64,000 nt of DNA, from the NCBI RefSeq assembly GCF_964204645.1, contig NC_134030.1, positions 20,544,210 to 20,608,209 of the forward strand, written 5' to 3'. Origin of the DNA: Tubulanus polymorphus. Lineage: Eukaryota > Animalia > Nemertea. The stretch's first letter is position 1, and the number at the start of each line of letters is the position of its first letter. Both the position numbers and the translations under genes were made by a program. Shown here piece by piece: positions 52,091-64,000 of this stretch. The notes under the pieces were generated by a model. The model did no database searches and was not told the DNA's origin. It saw only the letters and a list, made by a program, of their open reading frames with translations.

Positions 52091-53344
52091 ATTACATGAA
52101 GTTTCATTGGTCATATGCGCTTAATATATATCTACTTAATATGTTCTTTGTTTTTGTTTTTTCGTTCTAAATTGTTATGGTTCAGTCTAGAACTAACTTT
52201 TAACATCGTTAACGTTCATTTTCCGTTTCGTCCACGTTTACAGCGGAAATCAATTGGCGTTTAGGAACGAAATTGACTTGATGCACTCGATTTGATATCT
52301 AATTTGATACACTTGATTTGATATTTGATTCGACAAAATACAAATACATGAACATATTACAATAACACGGTAATTACCAGGATAGATCATAATTTGATTT
52401 CCATTTCACATTGTACAAATCGTGTATTCGAATTTTTCCTAGGCTGTTTTGTTATTTCTGGACATTTCGACTAAAAACTCTATTTATAATCGCTCTTCCC
52501 CGGCATATAATTTTACTTACCCGCTCCGTCAGCAGTTTCGTGATGAATGTTCAATTATAATTCGGCCGGAACAATATTGAAATTGCATCGATTTCTCGCG
52601 AAAACACATGTTTTGACTGCAAATATGAATGAAACGTTTTAGCACTTAATTTGAATAAATATTCCCTAGGCGCGGTTGGGTGGATGACTGTTAAAATAAT
52701 TGTTACGTATGAAAGCCCTGAAGTATGGAAGCCCTAAACGACCGATTACGAAATCACCAGTTATGTTCTACGAATTCTATGTTTGACGATATTAAGATTT
52801 ACGATTTGGACGTTTAACGATTGGACACTACACAACAGTTCGGTTAAGTTTATCACGAGAGGTCAAGGTTGTTGTCCAATGACGTCAATGCATAGTGTGA
52901 ATGAACGTTGCTTTCAAACGCCATGCTGGGCCAAATTCGGCTATCTGAGTTAGTCGACTATAGTCGAACTAGTAAGTGAAAGCGAAAAGCCATCAAATCT
53001 CTTTGTCTTTTTAAATGTTCAGTGCTTCATCTGGGATATTTCGGATTGAAAATGAACCGCGAACTCCAGACATTAGACATTTCATCATCAGACTTGTGTG
53101 TTCAGAATTTCACCCGGGACATTTTCAAATGAAAATTAACTGCAAACGCAGGAATAAAAAAACAATATATAAAAGTGTCACATATTTTGCATGGAACATC
53201 TGTCCTGAATACAAACAGGTTGTCGAGTTTCAATCAACTATTGCTGGTTTATGAGTGGTCAATATGTTTATGAGTATAGATATGTCGAAACCAAATATCT
53301 TTTGCAAGAAATCAATAAACCTCGTTAATGATAGTGATGCCTAC

Positions 53345-53550
53345 GGAAGAACACTCCTATTGTAAAACTGATAATCGTGGATTCATTCTTTATCTATCTT
53401 AGTAAGAAGAGACAACACAAAACTGCGTGCCGTATCGTACCCGCTGCCGGAACCGGTAATAGCATCCTCCCTCGGCAGGGATTCGAACCTGATGGCATCG
53501 AGAATGCCACGGTACGAAACCCTGCCACACCAGATCGAGTGCGCGACTCA
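53345..53550 (-). mobile_element. tRNA-derived SINE (partial copy at 63390-63510)
   Basis: B-box aggttcgaatccc on the minus strand at ~53479-53491. The body is shared with 63393-63510. Confidence 0.55.
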
Positions 53551-54562
53551 GATGAAGTCATTATCAGCCGATCAGAAATCCCGTTTTATTTTAGCCCGGG
53601 TTTTCCCATAATATGGTTCTGCCGTGTAATTTATCTCAGCGATTATACAACAAGCAATCTGATTGGTGCTGCAGGTTTTCGTGCGGCAAAGCTGCGCATG
53701 TACCTGCGCACCGGTCTAGTGTGGCAGGGGTTCGTGCCTCGGCACGTACTTCGGCAATCATCGGCAGTGTTCGGCTGTCCCGATCATTGGTCGATTTTCA
53801 AAGGGGCTTCATGTGGACGCCCACTGCCTAGATAGGTTTCGCAAATTCGGAAAATCTCAAATTATCAATTTGTCAAGATTGTGTTGTGTGTGTAAAAAGA
53901 TACCATATTTTCAAGGGTCTGAGGTCCAAAATGGACCCAGTCAAGCGATATCTTTTGTCTATCTTAACACAAAAAAGGAAATTGTTGGTAGTTTGAAATT
54001 GACTCGCCTAAGGTGGACCGTGGTTGTTTTTTTTTTACTTAAGAAATGAATGCCATTACCAGAAAATGATGCAGATATGAGACCTGTTGTTTTTCCAGGA
54101 TTCTTCGGCCATTTATTTTTCTCTTTTAGAAAAACATGGGAAATTGGTGCTAGTATGAAATTAACAAGCCGAGTACACAGATGAGCAGCAGCCTGTCCGC
54201 CCAAAAAATATAGCCTTATTCTATTTGATTACATTTCCTAAAAGGTGTTCCTCATCAGCTAGCTCCGAGCTCTCGCAATTGTTGAGTTTTAAAGTGCCGG
54301 TTGAATCCCATATAGTTATCGTATCAGTTTCAGGTTAGAATACAGTCCGCTGGAAATACTAACTTTGTCCAATCATCCGACAGTGCAAGAACGAAATAAG
54401 CCACTGAGTGATCGAGTGATTTTTTAGAGAATTAAACTTTAAACAACTTCAGAGGTCTATCATAGGTCATAAGACGACCGTATCGCCGCAACAGAATATA
54501 TTTATTTTCGATACCGAACAAAATGTGATCTTGCAAGATGTTCATATCGCCCACGTTTAATT

Positions 54563-56920
54563 TTATTGACAATCCTTCGAACAAATAGCTGGTTTCATAT
54601 TGAGGCATATAACATCGTTCCATTTACCACTACCTCGATACATTTCAACGCAACGTTCGATCATACGATAACGGCCCTTCCATCCGGTTACACTCGGCTC
54701 TCCGGAAGCCCAATTCCTGAAATCCTGCAAACAGGTAATGAAACAACTTCCTTATGATTGAAATCTGAAGGGGTGGACCTTGATATTGGAATGGACACTC
54801 AATTTGAAAAAGGCTAGACTTAGCAGCGTGGGGTGCGAGCGAAACATTGGTAGGAGTTCTGGTGGCCGGTCTCCAACTGAAAATCTATCAAGACAAACAG
54901 TCGTTGTTCTTGGCATTAATAGGGACTATTTGGATTAATTTTTAGTCTTTTTTAAATTCCCTTTGCAAAAAGTCTTTTCCTGTCTTATTCAAGGGTGCAT
55001 TCAAATTTTGAAGGAATGGAGCCGGCCCTCGAATACGTCTAGATGTTTTCCCTCGTGTCAACGAGCGGTCGCAAGCACGCCAGCCAGAACAAAAGGCACC
55101 CATTGACAGTTGATGTGACTGACTTACTGCCTTCATTGTCCGCTAGATGGCGAGCTAGTCGAAGGTGGCTGCACTAACTGTACTATGGCATGATTTGAAG
55201 CCGTCTTACAGTCGTTGAAATAAAGCAATAACTGCCCTAACACGATAGATCGAGGAACTTTTTGAAACATTTTCTTTCGCCAAAAATCCCCCATATCTCG
55301 AGCAAATTAGGTTCTCTATTCGTCGACGAAAGGGTTGATCGAAGCTTCTTTGATGTGTATTTTAACGGTACATGGTCATATAGGGCAATGTTATTCCTAC
55401 AAACGACGAATTTACCGTAGTGAAGTCAAATGATGTGGCCCGTTTCCTAAATCCAAGCCAAACAGACGGCACGTCATCGGGTATTAGACCTAAAATGACG
55501 ACAGTATTGTGTAAGTTAAACCATGGTCGCCTCTCCCCGTACGAAACAGCATATCAGGCGCGGATCCAGGATTTTTTCCAGGATGGGGTTCATAAAAATG
55601 TTAATCTTAAACTGCCGACCAAAATTTCTAATGATAGGGGGCCTATACGGCATAATATTGTTTGGCCGAACATATAAGATGATATGGTACCGATTATGTG
55701 GTACTGTTCGCCCGCTTTGTCTTGGGTACATTCCTTAAAACGATTAAAAATTTCGATTAAAACGATTAAAAATGTTTTTGGTAGCCTGCATATTTCGACG
55801 TGTACATACTCTGAGCTACATCATTTTCCTCCAAGCTATCGATTTTGGCCAGTGCCGAAGACGAACAATGGAGGCGGCTCAGCGAATTTCCCGGAGAAAA
55901 CATTAAGCATTTCGTGTTTCCAGCCGGGCTCCAACCGTCATCACAAACACACGCTGAAACTAGATGAGTCGAAAAAGTATACACTATCATCCGCGTAAGA
56001 TGGACGACGACATAAAAGTCGCGCACTGATTCAGTCAACACTATCAGCCACCATCAGTACGCCTGATGATGGCTAATAGTATTTAGCCGAAACGTTGCTA
56101 AAAAAAAGTCTCATCTATTCAAGAATTTTTCATTTTCATCTTTGACTGAATCATTGTGAGATTTCTCTCGTCAAGCTCACACTGCATTCATAACGACGCA
56201 ACGATTACCAATGACTCAAAAATCATCAGCAATCCAAAATGTCCCGCTCTCATCCACTATTCCCTCCTCTTTGTTTCAAATGCACTCATCTAAAAGACCC
56301 CTTTTTCCGTTTAAATGTTAATCAATAAGGCCACGCAAAGAGTTACCCTTGTATCACATCAGCCCCTGTGACGAGAACGGCACGTAATCATTTTTATTTC
56401 CCTTTTTGTAAAAAAAAAGATAGAGGAAGTTTTATTCCAAGTTCCAAAAGTTATGAGGGCGACTTTTTAAATTTTTTAAATGGCGAAATTTTGGCGATAG
56501 TGACCGCGAAGAAAACATTAAAAAGTGTAACCAGTTGGCCAGTTGCACGGTCGTGACTTAAGTCCCAAAGTGGTCTTATCTGAAAACTGGTTTTAAGTTG
56601 TTAGATTGGCTTTAGAACTAAGATGGCCTTAGACTTGTCTTGAATCTAAGCCATGACTATGCAACCGGTCCCAGGTGATTAAGACCAAAACCCCAATCAA
56701 AAGACAAAATTCATTAAATTCCTAATGCCTTTTTTTTTCATTTGAGAGCTTTGCTCAATGAAATGTTTTTCAGGAAGTTTTCAAACATAAATGACGGATT
56801 GTATCCCTAAAACGCCGTTATCTCTGCCTGACGGTTTTATCAATAAGTGCCAATTATATTGGTAAATTTACCTGCCGTTGTAGAACAGACCAGAAACAAA
56901 GTCGATAGTATCAGCTTCAT
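54563..56920 (-). CDS. Secreted C-type lectin, copy 6 (A lineage)
   Basis: Exons 56920-56872, 55953-55810, 55489-55416, 54724-54563 (DFRNWASGEPSVTGWKGRYRMIERCVEMYRGSGKWNDVIC..). Frame is intact. Introns 1 and 2 carry insertions. Confidence 0.85.
55962..56192 (+). mobile_element. Second Penelope-like family with hammerhead core (56063-56096)
   Basis: CTGATGA-tGGCTAAtagtatTTAGCC-GAAA-c-GTT, preceded by a partial inverted copy (ctatcagccaccatcag). Absent from the paralogous introns. Confidence 0.65.
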
Positions 56921-58517
56921 ATTCGACGAGATTTTATCTTATGTATTCTGAAACTGAAGGCATGGACATTTTTAGTAGACTTAAAAACATTGTTAACAAA
57001 AATATATATGAAAAATATAGGTATTATGGCTGTATTATGTGCGAACAATGAATATTGAGACGATAATCAATCCGGGAGCTACCGAAAATCATCGTGATAA
57101 TTACAAATTTTGTCCATATCTCACAAAGCTCCCACATATAGTTAATTAGCATTTTTTGAGAGACAGTCGCGCGCATGGATTTGGAATTAATCTAACGATA
57201 TATGATTCATTGCAAGTGCTAGCTTTTAAATAAGGTATCCTCGGGACGAAGTTATCTTTCTTTCTAATTTGCTGAAATAAATCACAAAATCAAATTTCGA
57301 TTCTCTATCTAATCTTTTGTTGTTGTTTTTTTTTCGACCGGCGGCCAGTTATATCCGACTATCTATCGCGAAATTAAAAGCTAAAATAGCTAGCACCTAG
57401 TTTCTAATTTCTGCCTAGTGTTTTAAGTTGACCCGGCCTATACATGTGTCAGAACCGTAGCTAACCATAACAGTTATCGATATGAACTACTTGCAAATTT
57501 TATTGCGGCTTAGAAAATGACCCGGCCGATCGGGAGAAACAAGGTATCATTTTTAGCCAAATACATTTTTCATTAAATTTTGATTATAACGAATCAGATT
57601 CAAATTATATTCAAAAACTTTTTGTTTGTAAAATCCTTTAATCCCCAGTATAACTTAACTTACCCTTTCGGTCAGCAGTTTCACCATATGTTAAATGATT
57701 ATTGTTTTCGTATCATATATACAGGCTTGGTAACGATTTCGCATAAAAAAAACATGTGCACTGAAAGCAAATATCGGTGAGGAGGCTTTTTCGGTACTTG
57801 ATTCGAGCAAATACGCGCTAATTTCCAAGAACAGTTCAGTTAGTTAGAATAGTTCAAAAATGCCATTTCCGCGTACCGTGGCAGATTCGATTTTACACTT
57901 AACGTTCGATAAACTATTTTCCAACCAAAAACGAATATCAAAGCCTTCCATAAAAAGAGCTGAAAAATAAGGCAAGTACTGGAAATTGAGCGAATGAATT
58001 CTTCAAATGGGGTCTGGTAACAGGAAGCACCCCTATTCTTCTTTATTCAGGTTTGTCCAGTAATTTCTCGCTATATAATCTGGCCCCAAAACAGGCAAAT
58101 GTAGCACATATTCTACAAATTCGGATTTCATACGAATTTACCGCGTCTAGTTCAGCGGCGGTCTTTTTCGACTAACAGATCATGACCACGACATAAAAAT
58201 GGAGTTAAATGGGTCGAATTAAACTATAGTGATAAGGTACATATTGTGTAAACCAATGTCCCGATCACAGAGTTAAGCAATTTATTTTGAATAATCAAAT
58301 TAATAGGCTTTTTTTTATCAGTACATCTTTCGTTGAAAATGCACCCCTTGCGGCTCCCTTTTTTCGTAATTTTTTCTTTAATACGCTTTATATTCTTCTG
58401 TTATGCAATAAGGATTTCATTTAAAAGAAAACGTTTCTGGTGAAGAAACTCTGATTTTGTATTTTACCGCTACTTTTTACTGAAGAAATTGACTTAAGCG
58501 CCGGTTATAATATATCC

Positions 58518-59070
58518 GCTACTGTGACAAGCGAGGATCCACCAGGTGTCGGTAGTGGTTTACTCAGTTACCGTACTTCAATTTCTTCTGCAGTTCAACT
58601 AAATCCACTTTAAAAACTAAATTCAAAAATTGTTTCATTCTACGCAAGATTTCAGAGAACACGTGGTGAGATTTGGCACCGTTACTGTGGCATGCGAGGA
58701 TCCACCAGGTGTCGGTAGTGGTTACTCGGTTACTGTGCTTCAATTTCTTCTGAAGTTCAACTAAATCCACTTTCTAAACTGAATTCAAAAATTGTTTCAT
58801 TTTACGTTATATTTCGGAGAACACGTGGTGAGATTCGGCACCGTTACTGTGGCAAGCGAAGATCCACCAGGTGTCGGTAGCGGTTACTCAGTTACTGTAC
58901 TTCAATTTCTTCTGAAGTTCAAATAAATCCACTTTCAAAACTGAATTGAAATATTGTTTCATTCTAAGTAAGATTTCAGAGAACACGTGGTGAGATTCGG
59001 CACCGTTACTCTGGCAAGCGAGGATCCACCAGGTGTCGGTAGTGGTAATTCTGTTACTGTATATCAATTT
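58518..59070. repeat. ~162-bp tandem repeat, ~3.4 units (shorter versions at 38848-39060 and 47216-47430)
   Basis: g(a)ggatccaccaggtgtcggtag at 58533, 58696, 58858 and 59020. Confidence 0.92.
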
Positions 59071-59230
59071 CTTCTACGTTTCAATTGATATCGAATCAAC
59101 TTTTATTCTAAGTAAATCAATTTTCAATGAGAAGGCGAATCTTTTATCTATTCGATGAGTTGATCGATAGTTTTCAGATTTAGAAGCCTAAAAACCAAGT
59201 CTAAACGTCATGTCATTCTTGTATAATTCT

Positions 59231-61030
59231 TTATTGACAGTTCTTCGAACAAATAGCCGGCTTATAATCCCAGCAATTTACATCGTTCCATTTACCAGAC
59301 GTCTGATAGATTTCAAGGCAAGGTTCTTTGTCTGGAGGGTCTCCGCCGACATCGCTTGGTTCGTTATTGGCCCAATTGTGGTATCCCTGAAACCAGTAAT
59401 GAACGGGACTTGAATGAAAGAATCAAATCATAATACATTACAAACTACACAGTTGTTTAATGGAGGTCGCTTTTACGGACTGGTATTAATTCAAGCACTG
59501 TGGTTAGGCCGGCCTAGCTCGGGTCATTAACAACCCGAGGGTAAAAGATAACACAACTCAGCCCCAAGAACATGTCAAGATATCACCCATTGTGTTATTG
59601 GCTTCGAGGACTGCATAACTACAATTTTAGATTTTGAAAATCGAGTCCCCCGTTTCGTTTGGCAGGTGCTTGTAAGAAAAAAACACCGACAATAGGCATA
59701 TAACAATGAATCAAATAATCTAGATGGGCAAGGCTTCATTTTTAGTTGTAAATTTTCAAAGTGGGTCAAAGCACGCGTAAAAACCGTCAGAAAGAACTGG
59801 CAAAAAGACACACCATGAACGTACAAAAATATTTTGTGACTTTTTATACGCATGAAGTCATTATCTAAGACTACGTAGGTCTGGCTGAGAACTATCGCTA
59901 CAATTACGAAATTACCGATGGAAATGTGAACTTCGAAAATCCCATCTGATCAGGATCCGTAAACCCGAGATAAGCGGAATGCACAGAAGACGGTATTAGA
60001 CCTGAAAATGATAACAGAATTGTATCAGTTCAACTAATATCACCCCCCCCCCCTCTCCCCGATAAAACACGGCATATTTCAGCATACATACTCTGAGCCA
60101 CATTATTCTCTTCAACGCTCTCTACCATGGCCAGTCTGGATGAGCTGCAATGTTGGTGTTGTGAGAGAGATCCCGAAGAAAATATGAAGCATTTCGTGTT
60201 TCCGGCTTTTGTCCAACCGGCTTCGCAAACACACGCTGAAACTATATCCAACGAATCATCAAATTCTATCAGATCATTTGCATGCGGTCTATACGGGTTG
60301 ATAAGCCTACTATGGAGCGATGTGGCCGAGTCGCTTGAGCAGAAGTCGGGTCGACATGTGAAGTTGTAGTGTTTAGGCAAGACACTTATCCTCATTGCCT
60401 CTTTCCACCCAGGAGTAAACAGGTACCTGGCCTGATAGATGACTCATGAGCGCTTAGTAGCTGGTCGGATTTTACTTCTCTACAGGGAGAGATGACTGAT
60501 ATACGGAATGAGTTTTTAGGCTGGGGACGATAATGCTAGAAAGTTAAGCGCTCTGAGCAGCTACGCTGGATTTAGCGCTTCATTAGACAAATGTTTATAA
60601 TGGCTAACAATAATGCTAACACATATCAAACGTTTTCAATCTACCGTTTTATTTCCCGTTAATTCCTCTCTCTATCATTTCTATTATTTCTTTTTCTTTT
60701 TTTAGATATTTGTGAAACTGTTTCGATTCGGAAATATTCATGATCTGAATAAATTCGACCACAGTTGGAAACATTTTGCTTTTCTGCAAAGCTTACTGGA
60801 CTGTGGATACAGTTTTTCATTTTAGTATAAAGTACTCTGGTGAACATTTTCTACAATGGAACAGGCGCTATACAAATTTCGAGATTGAATTATTGATTTA
60901 TTAGATTCTAACTCATATTTATTCCCCTTAGTTTGCTTAGCTTTATTCATTTGTGACAATTTATATTGGTATATTATTTACCTGCCGTTGTAGAACAGAT
61001 CAGAAACAAAGTCGATATCATCAGCTTCAT
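59231..61030 (-). CDS. Secreted C-type lectin, copy 7 (pure B lineage)
   Basis: Exons 61030-60982, 60235-60092, 60001-59916, 59386-59231 (GYHNWANNEPSDVGGDPPDKEPCLEIYQTSGKWNDVNCWDYKPAICSKNCQ*). Frame is intact. Confidence 0.87.
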
Positions 61031-61244
61031 TTTCGACGAGTCAATTATCTAAAACTGATAATGAAAAAATATAAGCGTTTTAACTGTTTATTGATAGATT
61101 TTAAGCCTATTGAAGTCACGTAGTGTGAATATTTAGAGAGCGTTTGTCAAATGAACGTTAACGTAAATATTAATCAATGCAATCAATGTAATTTCTCTTC
61201 CCGATATCGTTGAAAGGCAAAGGTTTACATCGCATTTGATCTTG

Positions 61245-61463
61245 ACTTGATACAGTTGATTTGATAGAGTTGATTTGATACACTTGATTTGATACAGTTG
61301 ATTTGATACAGTTGATTTGACACACTTGATTTGATACACTTGATTTGATACATTTGATTTGGTACACTTGATTTGATACACTTGATTTGACACACTTGAT
61401 TTAATACATTTGATTTGATACACCTGATTTGACACACTTGATTTGATACACTTGATTTGATAC
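61245..61463. repeat. 14-bp satellite (ttgatttgatacac)n; related tracts at 43578-43770, 52275-52330 and 37080-37155 (inverted)
   Basis: Directly visible. Confidence 0.95.
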
Positions 61464-62496
61464 AAACTCGGCGATTATCAGGATAGATCATAATTTGATT
61501 CTCATTTCAGATTTTTTTGTGATTCAAATGAATTTCAATTATCAAAATTAGAATTTACGAACGTTACGGATTCACACTTAGCTGAATATCTTTGAAGTCG
61601 AAACTACATTGCTCAGTTTACTCAAAGCGACGAAAGCAATTAATAATCATTTTCTTTAAGCATCGTCGCACAGAAAATGTCATCAAACCCATCGATGACA
61701 GCTACTATTTGTGCTCGCTGACAGAATCATAAAAAAACAGTTTCTATATCAGCACATCGTGTTTATTCAAGATCCCGAAAAGAAAATTAACGTGGTTTTG
61801 AAATTGAAATCAGATTCTTTTTTCGAAAAACGTATTGTAAAAATCGTGTATTCGAATTTTTCCTGGGTCGGATTTTATTATTTCCCGCCGTTTCTGGAAA
61901 ATCCGACTTTTAGGAATGGTTTACAACGAGTTAACTCATATCTAATGTGGAAACGGAGTCAAGCGTAACTGTAGAACTAGGTCCACAGAAACCAGTATAA
62001 ATTAGAATGATAACGCGGAAAACTGTGAGTCACAGTCAGTTAAACTATTTAAAAAAACTCTATTTATAATCGCTCTTCCCCGGCATATGATTTTACTTAC
62101 CCACTCTGTCAGCAGTTTCGTGATAAATGTTCAATTATAATTCGGCCGGAACAATATTGAAATTGCATCGATTTCTCGCGAAAACACATGTTTTGACTGC
62201 AAATATGAATGAAGCGTTTTAGCACTTAATTTGAATAAATATTCCCTAGGTGCGGTTGGGTGGATGACTGTTAAAATAATTGTTACATATGAAAGCCCTG
62301 AAGTATGGAAGCCCTAAACGACCGATTGCGAAATCACCACGTCTTATGTTTTACGAATTACGAGCTTTAGGTGTTTAACGATTGACCACTAAAAGCTGGG
62401 TTCATTTAATCGCGAGGGGTCAAGGTTGTTGTCAAAATGGCGTGTGTAATTCGTCATTCGTAAAACGTAACCCGTAATTCCCGACGTGGCTTCAGC

Positions 62497-62680
62497 ATGG
62501 AAGCCCTGAAACAATACGTGTTCGGAATTTCATATGATACATTATTGATTGTAGTTGTAGCAAAAGATTACCCGATTTTACGGTTTTACTCATCGTCACC
62601 CGTCAAGGGATTCGAACCCACTACGCTAAAGCTGTTCGCCGAACCCCTTGACCTCACGAGTCGTTGGAGTCGTTACTAGC
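62497..62680 (-). mobile_element. tRNA-derived SINE-like fragment
   Basis: Minus-strand gggttcgaatcccttgacggg B-box at ~62600-62620; no complete cloverleaf. Confidence 0.45.
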
Positions 62681-64000
62681 CGACCAGAATCCGGTCGTAC
62701 CAATCACAGCGCTTGTAACAAATGACATGAGGCTTCTGTTGGTTATCCCGTTAAATGGACCAATCAGCGAACGTTTTACCGAACAAGGAAGTATTTCGCA
62801 AATCGATATATGTCGTCATGCGCAACTGCGCCAGTAATGAAATCACGCTTCGTGGGGCCAGGGAGCTGGTGGAAGCGAGTTCGGGAGTGATACCGGACCC
62901 CTGGCAAGGGAGGATGGGTTTTACTACTGATCGTCCACACTTCACATGTGTTCAGTGCTTCACGAGAGACATTTCTAATTGAAAATGAACTACAAAAACC
63001 AATTCTATCAGCAAAATTACAAAACTGATCGTCTAAGCTTCACACTTAATGACAACATAACTTCACCTACAGATATGTTTAAATGAAAATGAACAGCAAA
63101 CACCAAACATTCGACATTTCATCAGCAAAATTTCAAACAACACATGATATGTGTTCAATACTTTGCCTACTGACATTTTCAATTGAAAACGAACTGCAAA
63201 CACCAGACCAATAACAATATGAAAGCCTCATATAATTGCATGGAACATCTGTCCAGAATACAAACAATATTTCGAGTTTAATTAACTATATTTGCGGTTC
63301 ATGAGTGTTCTATGGACACGAATATACACATATCTAAACCACATATATTTTGCGAGAAATCAATAAACCGCAATAATAATTGGAATTACGGATGAACACT
63401 CCTATTGTAAAACTGATAATCGTGGATTTATTCTTTATCTATTTTATTTAGAAGGGACCTCACAAAACTACGGGCCGTTTCGCATAAGCAATCCGTAGGG
63501 AACAGGGAATAGCTGTATACATTCTCCTTTTTATTACCATGAGTTCACAGAAATGGATAGATTAAGATTATCATCGGGTAAGATGACAACCGACTTCAAT
63601 GACATTGATATCAACAAATACAAGCAAATGAGAAAAATGTTACGAAGAGCGAAACATATCCCGGAATCTAACCACACGCCCGACCGCTAGATCCGTTGTG
63701 TAACGTCGCCTTAGTAATTTCGATCCTATATAGAAGACACGTGTCGGCGCATTTTCGTGAAACGACATGTAACATTGCCGAAAGTCTTACCAGTTTTTTT
63801 TTTTGTTTCCAGAAACGTGTTTCCGTAGTGGTCGAATTTGAGTTGTGACGATGTCTACCATGACGAGAATTACCCGCTTACAATAAAAATCCTGGCTGTA
63901 AGAACATACATATTTAATATGACCGTACGACCGACACTATTGAAAACTATGACGAAAAATGTCCGTAAGCCTTTAGAAATAAAACAGAAACCCGTTAGAA

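Larger units (their letters stand above)
35820..53320. repeat. Recent tandem segmental duplication (~35.8-44.8 kb vs ~44.9-53.3 kb); a more diverged third unit at ~54.3-63.4 kb
   Basis: Long near-identical stretches (e.g. 38020-40990 vs 46390-49325). Each unit holds one A and one B lectin. Confidence 0.92.

Noticed and set aside
53377-53835. 152-aa ORF
   Set aside because: Spans a SINE and an adjacent repeat-like segment; no recognisable domain.
25132-61030. Protocadherin- or antibody-like system with variable lectin cassettes spliced onto constant Ig/TM exons
   Set aside because: Each lectin has its own terminal exon with a stop codon and the Ig gene has its own signal exon. The lectin exon-3 donor is phase 0 while Ig exons are phase 1. 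Splicing from lectin exon 1 or 2 is phase-compatible but unsupported.
32309-61030. V(D)J-type recombination signal sequences
   Set aside because: No CACAGTG/ACAAAAACC pairs were seen flanking the exons by eye; a formal scan was not run.
63813-63897. Exon 2 of the plus-strand gene starting at 30742
   Set aside because: Strong acceptor and donor, but stop codons in all three frames, including the required phase 0.

Overview
This is AT-rich, intron-containing animal genomic DNA, probably from an invertebrate; the species cannot be determined from the sequence. The ORF track is mostly noise because the real genes are spliced. Main content: (1) A minus-strand tandem array of seven 4-coding-exon genes for small secreted single-domain C-type lectins (about 32.3-61.0 kb). 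Six have intact reading frames and one is frameshifted. They fall into two lineages (A and B) arranged as repeated B-A doublets, show amino-acid hypervariability concentrated in specific loops, and show evidence of exon-4 shuffling. (2) An 8-coding-exon type I membrane receptor of about 509 aa with four Ig-like domains (25.1-29.8 kb, minus strand). (3) A CCAAT/CRE/YY1-type promoter with a plus-strand first exon at 30.7 kb, suggesting the lectin array sits antisense inside an intron. (4) A probable spliced non-coding transcript (3.0-8.5 kb) with an inverted paralog. (5) Many repeats: a LINE split by a Helentron-like element, Gypsy fragments, SINEs, MITEs, satellites, small Penelope-type elements carrying minimal hammerhead ribozymes, and an unclassified ~660-bp TIR-less element inserted twice at CCAG. 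All splicing models were assembled by eye from GT-AG sites and reading-frame continuity.
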